Shown piece by piece: positions 11,001-26,000 of a stretch of 64,000 nucleotides of DNA. Both the position numbers and the translations under genes were made by a program. The number at the start of each line of letters is the position of its first letter. Positions within the stretch are counted from its first letter, which is position 1. The notes under the pieces are model-generated. The model was not told the origin of the DNA. It worked only from the letters and a program-made list of their open reading frames with translations, and searched no databases. Where the stretch lies: positions 27,590,001-27,654,000 of the forward strand of contig CM060734.1 in NCBI GenBank assembly GCA_030704615.1, read 5' to 3'. Source of the DNA: Takakia lepidozioides (lineage: Eukaryota; Plantae; Bryophyta).

Positions 11001-14000
11001 CCCCTCTCCCTCTCTCCAATTATCTGTTTGGGATTAACAATTTTTTTCCTAAGCCTATCTGGTTTGGAAATTTATTGTCTTGAACTTTACCACCGAGGAT
11101 GTAGCCTGCAATTTTTCATCCATTACATCCTTCCTCGATGTAACCATAACGGATGTAAGCCTAAGAGGATGTAACCTTAATGAAAGTGCAAAATTTCATT
11201 CCCAGTGGATGAAATCGCGGGATGGTTTGCCTAACCGTCTCTCTGCCCTAAGCACAGCACGATACTCGTGCTTGTTTTCTCTGGTGGAGGGCGATGGCGG
11301 CCGAGTGCTCGAGCAGCACGATCTGCGCGCGCTTTGTTTTTTTAATGCGCGATGGCGGCAGGTACTTCCATTTCCCGTGCTGGCAAACGACCTACTGCTG
11401 TGTTTGCCTGCAATCTTTCGCATTCATGAAGCGGCGGCGCTCTTAAGGAGACGGAGGAAGTTAAGTTGCACTTTGTAAAGATGCAATTTTCCTCAAGTCT
11501 CCCATTTTGTTGCATTCTATTGTGATCTCTTGAGATTCAGATGTTGAACGCCGCAGCGTCCCACTCCACAAACGATTAAGGTTCTTAGTGGTGTCGCATC
11601 TTTGTTCTTCTTTTGATCAATTTGCTCACTGTAGAATGCATGTTGGACATGGATAGCAACTGCGAAGACCTGCTACTCGCTTGGTGCATCCTCACTAACA
11701 CCCATCTTGATGTGGTGGTTTTGGGGACGGGCACAGGTGAGGGCCTTCACTTAATATGTATCTTTCAGTTTGCAGATGATCAAAAGACTTGGCGATGGGT
11801 GACGATTGACGCTGAATACTGCTTCAGCGGGGCATCCGATACGATTTGTTTTTGTTTTTTTATGATTGCAACCAACTGCTTCTGTTGAACAATATGGCAA
11901 TGTGCTGAGCTTTATAGAATACAGACGTTCTATTAAGACTCGAGGGTTTTCAACCTGATTATAAGTCGGTTTTTCTAGCATGATACCAGTATGAACTTTG
12001 GCATCATATTGATATGGTGCTGGAGTAACATCTCCAGACCTAAAGCTATCCAGTGATGCTTAAAACAGGCCTTCTTATGTTGTTTTAACATGGTAAGTAC
12101 CAAGGAGTACTTTTTGGACATTGAGGTTAGAGTTCTAAGACTAAAACAGTCACGACTACACTGCTCTAACTTAGAGATTACCAAGCTGCTGGCATGATGG
12201 GCTTTTCGGATTACATAACATCTGTTTTAAGGTTGCCAAGCAATGCCTTTGGAACCACCCTTTGAGCAAATTACAGGCTGTCTGGTCTGATTTATCAAGC
12301 AGGTCTTTGGAACTACGTTCTGAATTTAGAACAGAATGTCTAAGCTGTTTTGGCTCGATGGCTTTTCAGACTACATACTGGCTGCTTTAGGTGTACCAAG
12401 CAGCATCTTTGAAATTAAGCGTTGAGTTTAAAACAGGCCAAGCACCTGGCATGACGGGCTTTTCAGATTACATAACATCTGTTTTAAGGTTGCCAAGCTA
12501 TGCCTTTGGAACCACCCTTTGAGTCTGAAACAGATCTGGTTTTACTGTTTTAACTTGTTTAAGGCAGATATATTCATATTGTTTTAGCTCGAAGAATACC
12601 AAGCAGATGTATTGAAGGGCTTTGCCAAATTACCACCGTCTGGTCTGAGTTACGAAGCAGGTTTTTGGAACTACTCTCTGAGTTTAAAACAAAACTGTCT
12701 AAGCTGTTTTGGCTTGATGGATTACATAATGGCTGCTTTAGGTGTACCAAGCAGTATCTTTGGAATTAACCATTGAGTTTAAAACAGGCCTGGTTACGCT
12801 ATTATAAGTTTGAAAAGTACCAAGTAGTACTTTTGGACATACCCAGTGATTTGAAAGCAAGACCTTTGCACACTGTTTTGACTTGGAAAAATACCAAGCA
12901 GTGGGCTGGTCTGGCTTTTTCAAAATACATAATTCAAACTGGGCTTTTTGGAATACCCTCTGAGCTGGTGTTGTCCATAAAGTTCTGATTATGCTCAATG
13001 TAGCACTCCTGCTCTGATTGAGTTTTGGAGAGATGATGGAAATCCAGATCCAGACCTTTATGCATTCATGGAACATAGACTAAATTATCAGGTTGGGCTT
13101 TTGGAATTGCAACACCTGGCACTCGTTTTTAAAGGCTCAAGTGTTTCTGCTGATGGTATGTACCAAGGGTGGTGTTTGTCCTGGTTTTTTTTTTTTTTTT
13201 TTTTTTAAACAAGACTCCTTCAATGATGAATGACATCTGAATCCAGGGTGATGGTTGTCTTGGAAATCCCACCCTCCCACCCTAACTTTTCATGTACTTC
13301 CAGGAAGATGACATGAGTTTCTATCAAGTAAGATACTGTCTATGCGAGGTGAAGTTAGATAGTGCCTCGTCATGAAGCTGATTTGTCTTTATTTGACAAT
13401 GACAGCACTTGTCTTGTCTGTGCCTTGACAAGACATATTTATCTTCCCTCTGTTTTTTGCCCAGTGTACTTAGTGGTTTCTGTACACACTATCTACCTCT
13501 CACTTGTCATTTTCCAGTCTTCTTACTTTGATGTTCTAACACCTTTAATGGCTTTTGCGGAGGTCTGGCAAAGCCATGGGGTATCAGCCCCCTATACCTC
13601 CATAACAATAATATGGAGCAACAAATCCCTCATAAGGTATGATCCTCTCCAGCAAAAATATGTTGGTTGATTGGGCATGGAGAGTAAGGCATCCTCGATG
13701 GTACCTGAAATAAACGTAGAGCATCTAAATGACTTCTGAATGATGATATTATGAGCTAGGCCTTGGTAAGACAGCCTGCTAGAGTATATGTACTGTACAC
13801 CTTATACATGATCCGGTCAATGCACATTACTCTTGTTAGCTGGTCTCCTGTAGCCGATGCCTTATGTCAATTTTAGATACCTTACGATACGAGCGACTTC
13901 CGTGTCCTTGGCTCAAGTGCTTCCATGTTCCTCCTGGTTATGGCTTTGCTCTTTGTAGCACCAAAAAAAGTACCCAATCTTACTATGTTGCTGGAAGATG

Positions 14001-17000
14001 GCTTGTTTGAATCAGGGGCAGTAGACTACTGCCAGTGGCTGAAGAACACAAGTTCTTATTCATACCTTTGGGTAAATTGGTTCTAACCAAAAAGTTGGCT
14101 GATATGGTGGGAAGATGTGCAGTAGTCTGCTGCCATTGGTTGAAGAACACCTGTAATTTCTGAACTCTTGCCAAGTTTGAATTATGTTGTGCCGATGTTC
14201 ACTCGTAATCTGAGAGCAGAGAGAATGCAGGCCTTTTATCCATTTGGTATTCAAGTCCAAGGATAGAACTACATTGTAGAGGGAGAGCCTTATGAGAATG
14301 GGTCTGGTATGCGCACTCCCTTACGGGGTGAGTGCATACCAAACTCACTCCATAAGGGACTGCCATACCAGGGGTTGGATGGTGGGTGCCCCCCCTCTCC
14401 CTCTCTCCAATTATCTGTTTGGGATTAACAATTTTTTTCCTAAGCCTATCTGGTTTGGAAATTTATTGTCTTGAACTTTACCACCGAGGATGTAGCCTGC
14501 AATTTTTCATCCATTACATCCTTCCTCGATGTAACCATAACGGATGTAAGCCTAAGAGGATGTAACCTTAATGAAAGTGCAAAATTTCATTCCCAGTGGA
14601 TGAAATCGCGGGATGGTTTGCCTAACCGTCTCTCTGCCCTAAGCACAGCACGATACTCGTGCTTGTTTTCTCTGGTGGAGGGCGATGGCGGCCGAGTGCT
14701 CGAGCAGCACGATCTGCGCGCGCTTTGTTTTTTTAATGCGCGATGGCGGCAGGTACTTCCATTTCCCGTGCTGGCAAACGACCTACTGCTGTGTTTGCCT
14801 GCAATCTTTCGCATTCATGAAGCGGCGGCGCTCTTAAGGAGACGGAGGAAGTTAAGTTGCACTTTGTAAAGATGCAATTTTCCTCAAGTCTCCCATTTTG
14901 TTGCATTCTATTGTGATCTCTTGAGATTCAGATGTTGAACGCCGCAGCGTCCCACTCCACAAACGATTAAGGTTCTTAGTGGTGTCGCATCTTTGTTCTT
15001 CTTTTGATCAATTTGCTCACTGTAGAATGCATGTTGGACATGGATAGCAACTGCGAAGACCTGCTACTCGCTTGGTGCATCCTCACTAACACCCATCTTG
15101 ATGTGGTGGTTTTGGGGACGGGCACAGGTGAGGGCCTTCACTTAATATGTATCTTTCAGTTTGCAGATGATCAAAAGACTTGGCGATGGGTGACGATTGA
15201 CGCTGAATACTGCTTCAGCGGGGCATCCGATACGATTTGTTTTTGTTTTTTTATGATTGCAACCAACTGCTTCTGTTGAACAATATGGCAATGTGCTGAG
15301 CTTTATAGAATACAGACGTTCTATTAAGACTCGAGGGTTTTCAACCTGATTATAAGTCGGTTTTTCTAGCATGATACCAGTATGAACTTTGGCATCATAT
15401 TGATATGGTGCTGGAGTAACATCTCCAGACCTAAAGCTATCCAGTGATGCTTAAAACAGGCCTTCTTATGTTGTTTTAACATGGTAAGTACCAAGGAGTA
15501 CTTTTTGGACATTGAGGTTAGAGTTCTAAGACTAAAACAGTCACGACTACACTGCTCTAACTTAGAGATTACCAAGCTGCTGGCATGATGGGCTTTTCGG
15601 ATTACATAACATCTGTTTTAAGGTTGCCAAGCAATGCCTTTGGAACCACCCTTTGAGCAAATTACAGGCTGTCTGGTCTGATTTATCAAGCAGGTCTTTG
15701 GAACTACGTTCTGAATTTAGAACAGAATGTCTAAGCTGTTTTGGCTCGATGGCTTTTCAGACTACATACTGGCTGCTTTAGGTGTACCAAGCAGCATCTT
15801 TGAAATTAAGCGTTGAGTTTAAAACAGGCCAAGCACCTGGCATGACGGGCTTTTCAGATTACATAACATCTGTTTTAAGGTTGCCAAGCTATGCCTTTGG
15901 AACCACCCTTTGAGTCTGAAACAGATCTGGTTTTACTGTTTTAACTTGTTTAAGGCAGATATATTCATATTGTTTTAGCTCGAAGAATACCAAGCAGATG
16001 TATTGAAGGGCTTTGCCAAATTACCACCGTCTGGTCTGAGTTACGAAGCAGGTTTTTGGAACTACTCTCTGAGTTTAAAACAAAACTGTCTAAGCTGTTT
16101 TGGCTTGATGGATTACATAATGGCTGCTTTAGGTGTACCAAGCAGTATCTTTGGAATTAACCATTGAGTTTAAAACAGGCCTGGTTACGCTATTATAAGT
16201 TTGAAAAGTACCAAGTAGTACTTTTGGACATACCCAGTGATTTGAAAGCAAGACCTTTGCACACTGTTTTGACTTGGAAAAATACCAAGCAGTGGGCTGG
16301 TCTGGCTTTTTCAAAATACATAATTCAAACTGGGCTTTTTGGAATACCCTCTGAGCTGGTGTTGTCCATAAAGTTCTGATTATGCTCAATGTAGCACTCC
16401 TGCTCTGATTGAGTTTTGGAGAGATGATGGAAATCCAGATCCAGACCTTTATGCATTCATGGAACATAGACTAAATTATCAGGTTGGGCTTTTGGAATTG
16501 CAACACCTGGCACTCGTTTTTAAAGGCTCAAGTGTTTCTGCTGATGGTATGTACCAAGGGTGGTGTTTGTCCTGGTTTTTTTTTTTTTTTTTTTTTTAAA
16601 CAAGACTCCTTCAATGATGAATGACATCTGAATCCAGGGTGATGGTTGTCTTGGAAATCCCACCCTCCCACCCTAACTTTTCATGTACTTCCAGGAAGAT
16701 GACATGAGTTTCTATCAAGTAAGATACTGTCTATGCGAGGTGAAGTTAGATAGTGCCTCGTCATGAAGCTGATTTGTCTTTATTTGACAATGACAGCACT
16801 TGTCTTGTCTGTGCCTTGACAAGACATATTTATCTTCCCTCTGTTTTTTGCCCAGTGTACTTAGTGGTTTCTGTACACACTATCTACCTCTCACTTGTCA
16901 TTTTCCAGTCTTCTTACTTTGATGTTCTAACACCTTTAATGGCTTTTGCGGAGGTCTGGCAAAGCCATGGGGTATCAGCCCCCTATACCTCCATAACAAT

Positions 17001-20000
17001 AATATGGAGCAACAAATCCCTCATAAGGTATGATCCTCTCCAGCAAAAATATGTTGGTTGATTGGGCATGGAGAGTAAGGCATCCTCGATGGTACCTGAA
17101 ATAAACGTAGAGCATCTAAATGACTTCTGAATGATGATATTATGAGCTAGGCCTTGGTAAGACAGCCTGCTAGAGTATATGTACTGTACACCTTATACAT
17201 GATCCGGTCAATGCACATTACTCTTGTTAGCTGGTCTCCTGTAGCCGATGCCTTATGTCAATTTTAGATACCTTACGATACGAGCGACTTCCGTGTCCTT
17301 GGCTCAAGTGCTTCCATGTTCCTCCTGGTTATGGCTTTGCTCTTTGTAGCACCAAAAAAAGTACCCAATCTTACTATGTTGCTGGAAGATGGCTTGTTTG
17401 AATCAGGGGCAGTAGACTACTGCCAGTGGCTGAAGAACACAAGTTCTTATTCATACCTTTGGGTAAATTGGTTCTAACCAAAAAGTTGGCTGATATGGTG
17501 GGAAGATGTGCAGTAGTCTGCTGCCATTGGTTGAAGAACACCTGTAATTTCTGAACTCTTGCCAAGTTTGAATTATGTTGTGCCGATGTTCACTCGTAAT
17601 CTGAGAGCAGAGAGAATGCAGGCCTTTTATCCATTTGGTATTCAAGTCCAAGGATAGAACTACATTGTAGAGGGAGAGCCTTATGAGAATGGGTCTGGTA
17701 TGCGCACTCCCTTACGGGGTGAGTGCATACCAAACTCACTCCATAAGGGACTGCCATACCAGGGGTTGGATGGTGGGTGCCCCCCCTCTCCCTCTCTCCA
17801 ATTATCTGTTTGGGATTAACAATTTTTTTCCTAAGCCTATCTGGTTTGGAAATTTATTGTCTTGAACTTTACCACCGAGGATGTAGCCTGCAATTTTTCA
17901 TCCATTACATCCTTCCTCGATGTAACCATAACGGATGTAAGCCTAAGAGGATGTAACCTTAATGAAAGTGCAAAATTTCATTCCCAGTGGATGAAATCGC
18001 GGGATGGTTTGCCTAACCGTCTCTCTGCCCTAAGCACAGCACGATACTCGTGCTTGTTTTCTCTGGTGGAGGGCGATGGCGGCCGAGTGCTCGAGCAGCA
18101 CGATCTGCGCGCGCTTTGTTTTTTTAATGCGCGATGGCGGCAGGTACTTCCATTTCCCGTGCTGGCAAACGACCTACTGCTGTGTTTGCCTGCAATCTTT
18201 CGCATTCATGAAGCGGCGGCGCTCTTAAGGAGACGGAGGAAGTTAAGTTGCACTTTGTAAAGATGCAATTTTCCTCAAGTCTCCCATTTTGTTGCATTCT
18301 ATTGTGATCTCTTGAGATTCAGATGTTGAACGCCGCAGCGTCCCACTCCACAAACGATTAAGGTTCTTAGTGGTGTCGCATCTTTGTTCTTCTTTTGATC
18401 AATTTGCTCACTGTAGAATGCATGTTGGACATGGATAGCAACTGCGAAGACCTGCTACTCGCTTGGTGCATCCTCACTAACACCCATCTTGATGTGGTGG
18501 TTTTGGGGACGGGCACAGGTGAGGGCCTTCACTTAATATGTATCTTTCAGTTTGCAGATGATCAAAAGACTTGGCGATGGGTGACGATTGACGCTGAATA
18601 CTGCTTCAGCGGGGCATCCGATACGATTTGTTTTTGTTTTTTTATGATTGCAACCAACTGCTTCTGTTGAACAATATGGCAATGTGCTGAGCTTTATAGA
18701 ATACAGACGTTCTATTAAGACTCGAGGGTTTTCAACCTGATTATAAGTCGGTTTTTCTAGCATGATACCAGTATGAACTTTGGCATCATATTGATATGGT
18801 GCTGGAGTAACATCTCCAGACCTAAAGCTATCCAGTGATGCTTAAAACAGGCCTTCTTATGTTGTTTTAACATGGTAAGTACCAAGGAGTATTTTTGGAC
18901 ATTGAGGTTAGAGTTCTAAGACTAAAACAGTCACGACTACACTGCTCTAACTTAGAGATTACCAAGCTGCTGGCATGATGGGCTTTTCGGATTACATAAC
19001 ATCTGTTTTAAGGTTGCCAAGCAATGCCTTTGGAACCACCCTTTGAGCAAATTACAGGCTGTCTGGTCTGATTTATCAAGCAGGTCTTTGGAACTACGTT
19101 CTGAATTTAGAACAGAATGTCTAAGCTGTTTTGGCTCGATGGCTTTTCAGACTACATACTGGCTGCTTTAGGTGTACCAAGCAGCATCTTTGAAATTAAG
19201 CGTTGAGTTTAAAACAGGCCAAGCACCTGGCATGACGGGCTTTTCAGATTACATAACATCTGTTTTAAGGTTGCCAAGCTATGCCTTTGGAACCACCCTT
19301 TGAGTCTGAAACAGATCTGGTTTTACTGTTTTAACTTGTTTAAGGCAGATATATTCATATTGTTTTAGCTCGAAGAATACCAAGCAGATGTATTGAAGGG
19401 CTTTGCCAAATTACCACCGTCTGGTCTGAGTTACGAAGCAGGTTTTTGGAACTACTCTCTGAGTTTAAAACAAAACTGTCTAAGCTGTTTTGGCTTGATG
19501 GATTACATAATGGCTGCTTTAGGTGTACCAAGCAGTATCTTTGGAATTAACCATTGAGTTTAAAACAGGCCTGGTTACGCTATTATAAGTTTGAAAAGTA
19601 CCAAGTAGTACTTTTGGACATACCCAGTGATTTGAAAGCAAGACCTTTGCACACTGTTTTGACTTGGAAAAATACCAAGCAGTGGGCTGGTCTGGCTTTT
19701 TCAAAATACATAATTCAAACTGGGCTTTTTGGAATACCCTCTGAGCTGGTGTTGTCCATAAAGTTCTGATTATGCTCAATGTAGCACTCCTGCTCTGATT
19801 GAGTTTTGGAGAGATGATGGAAATCCAGATCCAGACCTTTATGCATTCATGGAACATAGACTAAATTATCAGGTTGGGCTTTTGGAATTGCAACACCTGG
19901 CACTCGTTTTTAAAGGCTCAAGTGTTTCTGCTGATGGTATGTACCAAGGGTGGTGTTTGTCCTGGTTTTTTTTTTTTTTTTTTTTTTAAACAAGACTCCT

Positions 20001-23000
20001 TCAATGATGAATGACATCTGAATCCAGGGTGATGGTTGTCTTGGAAATCCCACCCTCCCACCCTAACTTTTCATGTACTTCCAGGAAGATGACATGAGTT
20101 TCTATCAAGTAAGATACTGTCTATGCGAGGTGAAGTTAGATAGTGCCTCGTCATGAAGCTGATTTGTCTTTATTTGACAATGACAGCACTTGTCTTGTCT
20201 GTGCCTTGACAAGACATATTTATCTTCCCTCTGTTTTTTGCCCAGTGTACTTAGTGGTTTCTGTACACACTATCTACCTCTCACTTGTCATTTTCCAGTC
20301 TTCTTACTTTGATGTTCTAACACCTTTAATGGCTTTTGCGGAGGTCTGGCAAAGCCATGGGGTATCAGCCCCCTATACCTCCATAACAATAATATGGAGC
20401 AACAAATCCCTCATAAGGTATGATCCTCTCCAGCAAAAATATGTTGGTTGATTGGGCATGGAGAGTAAGGCATCCTCGATGGTACCTGAAATAAACGTAG
20501 AGCATCTAAATGACTTCTGAATGATGATATTATGAGCTAGGCCTTGGTAAGACAGCCTGCTAGAGTATATGTACTGTACACCTTATACATGATCCGGTCA
20601 ATGCACATTACTCTTGTTAGCTGGTCTCCTGTAGCCGATGCCTTATGTCAATTTTAGATACCTTACGATACGAGCGACTTCCGTGTCCTTGGCTCAAGTG
20701 CTTCCATGTTCCTCCTGGTTATGGCTTTGCTCTTTGTAGCACCAAAAAAAGTACCCAATCTTACTATGTTGCTGGAAGATGGCTTGTTTGAATCAGGGGC
20801 AGTAGACTACTGCCAGTGGCTGAAGAACACAAGTTCTTATTCATACCTTTGGGTAAATTGGTTCTAACCAAAAAGTTGGCTGATATGGTGGGAAGATGTG
20901 CAGTAGTCTGCTGCCATTGGTTGAAGAACACCTGTAATTTCTGAACTCTTGCCAAGTTTGAATTATGTTGTGCCGATGTTCACTCGTAATCTGAGAGCAG
21001 AGAGAATGCAGGCCTTTTATCCATTTGGTATTCAAGTCCAAGGATAGAACTACATTGTAGAGGGAGAGCCTTATGAGAATGGGTCTGGTATGCGCACTCC
21101 CTTACGGGGTGAGTGCATACCAAACTCACTCCATAAGGGACTGCCATACCAGGGGTTGGATGGTGGGTGCCCCCCCTCTCCCTCTCTCCAATTATCTGTT
21201 TGGGATTAACAATTTTTTTCCTAAGCCTATCTGGTTTGGAAATTTATTGTCTTGAACTTTACCACCGAGGATGTAGCCTGCAATTTTTCATCCATTACAT
21301 CCTTCCTCGATGTAACCATAACGGATGTAAGCCTAAGAGGATGTAACCTTAATGAAAGTGCAAAATTTCATTCCCAGTGGATGAAATCGCGGGATGGTTT
21401 GCCTAACCGTCTCTCTGCCCTAAGCACAGCACGATACTCGTGCTTGTTTTCTCTGGTGGAGGGCGATGGCGGCCGAGTGCTCGAGCAGCACGATCTGCGC
21501 GCGCTTTGTTTTTTTAATGCGCGATGGCGGCAGGTACTTCCATTTCCCGTGCTGGCAAACGACCTACTGCTGTGTTTGCCTGCAATCTTTCGCATTCATG
21601 AAGCGGCGGCGCTCTTAAGGAGACGGAGGAAGTTAAGTTGCACTTTGTAAAGATGCAATTTTCCTCAAGTCTCCCATTTTGTTGCATTCTATTGTGATCT
21701 CTTGAGATTCAGATGTTGAACGCCGCAGCGTCCCACTCCACAAACGATTAAGGTTCTTAGTGGTGTCGCATCTTTGTTCTTCTTTTGATCAATTTGCTCA
21801 CTGTAGAATGCATGTTGGACATGGATAGCAACTGCGAAGACCTGCTACTCGCTTGGTGCATCCTCACTAACACCCATCTTGATGTGGTGGTTTTGGGGAC
21901 GGGCACAGGTGAGGGCCTTCACTTAATATGTATCTTTCAGTTTGCAGATGATCAAAAGACTTGGCGATGGGTGACGATTGACGCTGAATACTGCTTCAGC
22001 GGGGCATCCGATACGATTTGTTTTTGTTTTTTTATGATTGCAACCAACTGCTTCTGTTGAACAATATGGCAATGTGCTGAGCTTTATAGAATACAGACGT
22101 TCTATTAAGACTCGAGGGTTTTCAACCTGATTATAAGTCGGTTTTTCTAGCATGATACCAGTATGAACTTTGGCATCATATTGATATGGTGCTGGAGTAA
22201 CATCTCCAGACCTAAAGCTATCCAGTGATGCTTAAAACAGGCCTTCTTATGTTGTTTTAACATGGTAAGTACCAAGGAGTACTTTTTGGACATTGAGGTT
22301 AGAGTTCTAAGACTAAAACAGTCACGACTACACTGCTCTAACTTAGAGATTACCAAGCTGCTGGCATGATGGGCTTTTCGGATTACATAACATCTGTTTT
22401 AAGGTTGCCAAGCAATGCCTTTGGAACCACCCTTTGAGCAAATTACAGGCTGTCTGGTCTGATTTATCAAGCAGGTCTTTGGAACTACGTTCTGAATTTA
22501 GAACAGAATGTCTAAGCTGTTTTGGCTCGATGGCTTTTCAGACTACATACTGGCTGCTTTAGGTGTACCAAGCAGCATCTTTGAAATTAAGCGTTGAGTT
22601 TAAAACAGGCCAAGCACCTGGCATGACGGGCTTTTCAGATTACATAACATCTGTTTTAAGGTTGCCAAGCTATGCCTTTGGAACCACCCTTTGAGTCTGA
22701 AACAGATCTGGTTTTACTGTTTTAACTTGTTTAAGGCAGATATATTCATATTGTTTTAGCTCGAAGAATACCAAGCAGATGTATTGAAGGGCTTTGCCAA
22801 ATTACCACCGTCTGGTCTGAGTTACGAAGCAGGTTTTTGGAACTACTCTCTGAGTTTAAAACAAAACTGTCTAAGCTGTTTTGGCTTGATGGATTACATA
22901 ATGGCTGCTTTAGGTGTACCAAGCAGTATCTTTGGAATTAACCATTGAGTTTAAAACAGGCCTGGTTACGCTATTATAAGTTTGAAAAGTACCAAGTAGT

Positions 23001-26000
23001 ACTTTTGGACATACCCAGTGATTTGAAAGCAAGACCTTTGCACACTGTTTTGACTTGGAAAAATACCAAGCAGTGGGCTGGTCTGGCTTTTTCAAAATAC
23101 ATAATTCAAACTGGGCTTTTTGGAATACCCTCTGAGCTGGTGTTGTCCATAAAGTTCTGATTATGCTCAATGTAGCACTCCTGCTCTGATTGAGTTTTGG
23201 AGAGATGATGGAAATCCAGATCCAGACCTTTATGCATTCATGGAACATAGACTAAATTATCAGGTTGGGCTTTTGGAATTGCAACACCTGGCACTCGTTT
23301 TTAAAGGCTCAAGTGTTTCTGCTGATGGTATGTACCAAGGGTGGTGTTTGTCCTGGTTTTTTTTTTTTTTTTTTTTTAAACAAGACTCCTTCAATGATGA
23401 ATGACATCTGAATCCAGGGTGATGGTTGTCTTGGAAATCCCACCCTCCCACCCTAACTTTTCATGTACTTCCAGGAAGATGACATGAGTTTCTATCAAGT
23501 AAGATACTGTCTATGCGAGGTGAAGTTAGATAGTGCCTCGTCATGAAGCTGATTTGTCTTTATTTGACAATGACAGCACTTGTCTTGTCTGTGCCTTGAC
23601 AAGACATATTTATCTTCCCTCTGTTTTTTGCCCAGTGTACTTAGTGGTTTCTGTACACACTATCTACCTCTCACTTGTCATTTTCCAGTCTTCTTACTTT
23701 GATGTTCTAACACCTTTAATGGCTTTTGCGGAGGTCTGGCAAAGCCATGGGGTATCAGCCCCCTATACCTCCATAACAATAATATGGAGCAACAAATCCC
23801 TCATAAGGTATGATCCTCTCCAGCAAAAATATGTTGGTTGATTGGGCATGGAGAGTAAGGCATCCTCGATGGTACCTGAAATAAACGTAGAGCATCTAAA
23901 TGACTTCTGAATGATGATATTATGAGCTAGGCCTTGGTAAGACAGCCTGCTAGAGTATATGTACTGTACACCTTATACATGATCCGGTCAATGCACATTA
24001 CTCTTGTTAGCTGGTCTCCTGTAGCCGATGCCTTATGTCAATTTTAGATACCTTACGATACGAGCGACTTCCGTGTCCTTGGCTCAAGTGCTTCCATGTT
24101 CCTCCTGGTTATGGCTTTGCTCTTTGTAGCACCAAAAAAAGTACCCAATCTTACTATGTTGCTGGAAGATGGCTTGTTTGAATCAGGGGCAGTAGACTAC
24201 TGCCAGTGGCTGAAGAACACAAGTTCTTATTCATACCTTTGGGTAAATTGGTTCTAACCAAAAAGTTGGCTGATATGGTGGGAAGATGTGCAGTAGTCTG
24301 CTGCCATTGGTTGAAGAACACCTGTAATTTCTGAACTCTTGCCAAGTTTGAATTATGTTGTGCCGATGTTCACTCGTAATCTGAGAGCAGAGAGAATGCA
24401 GGCCTTTTATCCATTTGGTATTCAAGTCCAAGGATAGAACTACATTGTAGAGGGAGAGCCTTATGAGAATGGGTCTGGTATGCGCACTCCCTTACGGGGT
24501 GAGTGCATACCAAACTCACTCCATAAGGGACTGCCATACCAGGGGTTGGATGGTGGGTGCCCCCCCTCTCCCTCTCTCCAATTATCTGTTTGGGATTAAC
24601 AATTTTTTTCCTAAGCCTATCTGGTTTGGAAATTTATTGTCTTGAACTTTACCACCGAGGATGTAGCCTGCAATTTTTCATCCATTACATCCTTCCTCGA
24701 TGTAACCATAACGGATGTAAGCCTAAGAGGATGTAACCTTAATGAAAGTGCAAAATTTCATTCCCAGTGGATGAAATCGCGGGATGGTTTGCCTAACCGT
24801 CTCTCTGCCCTAAGCACAGCACGATACTCGTGCTTGTTTTCTCTGGTGGAGGGCGATGGCGGCCGAGTGCTCGAGCAGCACGATCTGCGCGCGCTTTGTT
24901 TTTTTAATGCGCGATGGCGGCAGGTACTTCCATTTCCCGTGCTGGCAAACGACCTACTGCTGTGTTTGCCTGCAATCTTTCGCATTCATGAAGCGGCGGC
25001 GCTCTTAAGGAGACGGAGGAAGTTAAGTTGCACTTTGTAAAGATGCAATTTTCCTCAAGTCTCCCATTTTGTTGCATTCTATTGTGATCTCTTGAGATTC
25101 AGATGTTGAACGCCGCAGCGTCCCACTCCACAAACGATTAAGGTTCTTAGTGGTGTCGCATCTTTGTTCTTCTTTTGATCAATTTGCTCACTGTAGAATG
25201 CATGTTGGACATGGATAGCAACTGCGAAGACCTGCTACTCGCTTGGTGCATCCTCACTAACACCCATCTTGATGTGGTGGTTTTGGGGACGGGCACAGGT
25301 GAGGGCCTTCACTTAATATGTATCTTTCAGTTTGCAGATGATCAAAAGACTTGGCGATGGGTGACGATTGACGCTGAATACTGCTTCAGCGGGGCATCCG
25401 ATACGATTTGTTTTTGTTTTTTTATGATTGCAACCAACTGCTTCTGTTGAACAATATGGCAATGTGCTGAGCTTTATAGAATACAGACGTTCTATTAAGA
25501 CTCGAGGGTTTTCAACCTGATTATAAGTCGGTTTTTCTAGCATGATACCAGTATGAACTTTGGCATCATATTGATATGGTGCTGGAGTAACATCTCCAGA
25601 CCTAAAGCTATCCAGTGATGCTTAAAACAGGCCTTCTTATGTTGTTTTAACATGGTAAGTACCAAGGAGTACTTTTTGGACATTGAGGTTAGAGTTCTAA
25701 GACTAAAACAGTCACGACTACACTGCTCTAACTTAGAGATTACCAAGCTGCTGGCATGATGGGCTTTTCGGATTACATAACATCTGTTTTAAGGTTGCCA
25801 AGCAATGCCTTTGGAACCACCCTTTGAGCAAATTACAGGCTGTCTGGTCTGATTTATCAAGCAGGTCTTTGGAACTACGTTCTGAATTTAGAACAGAATG
25901 TCTAAGCTGTTTTGGCTCGATGGCTTTTCAGACTACATACTGGCTGCTTTAGGTGTACCAAGCAGCATCTTTGAAATTAAGCGTTGAGTTTAAAACAGGC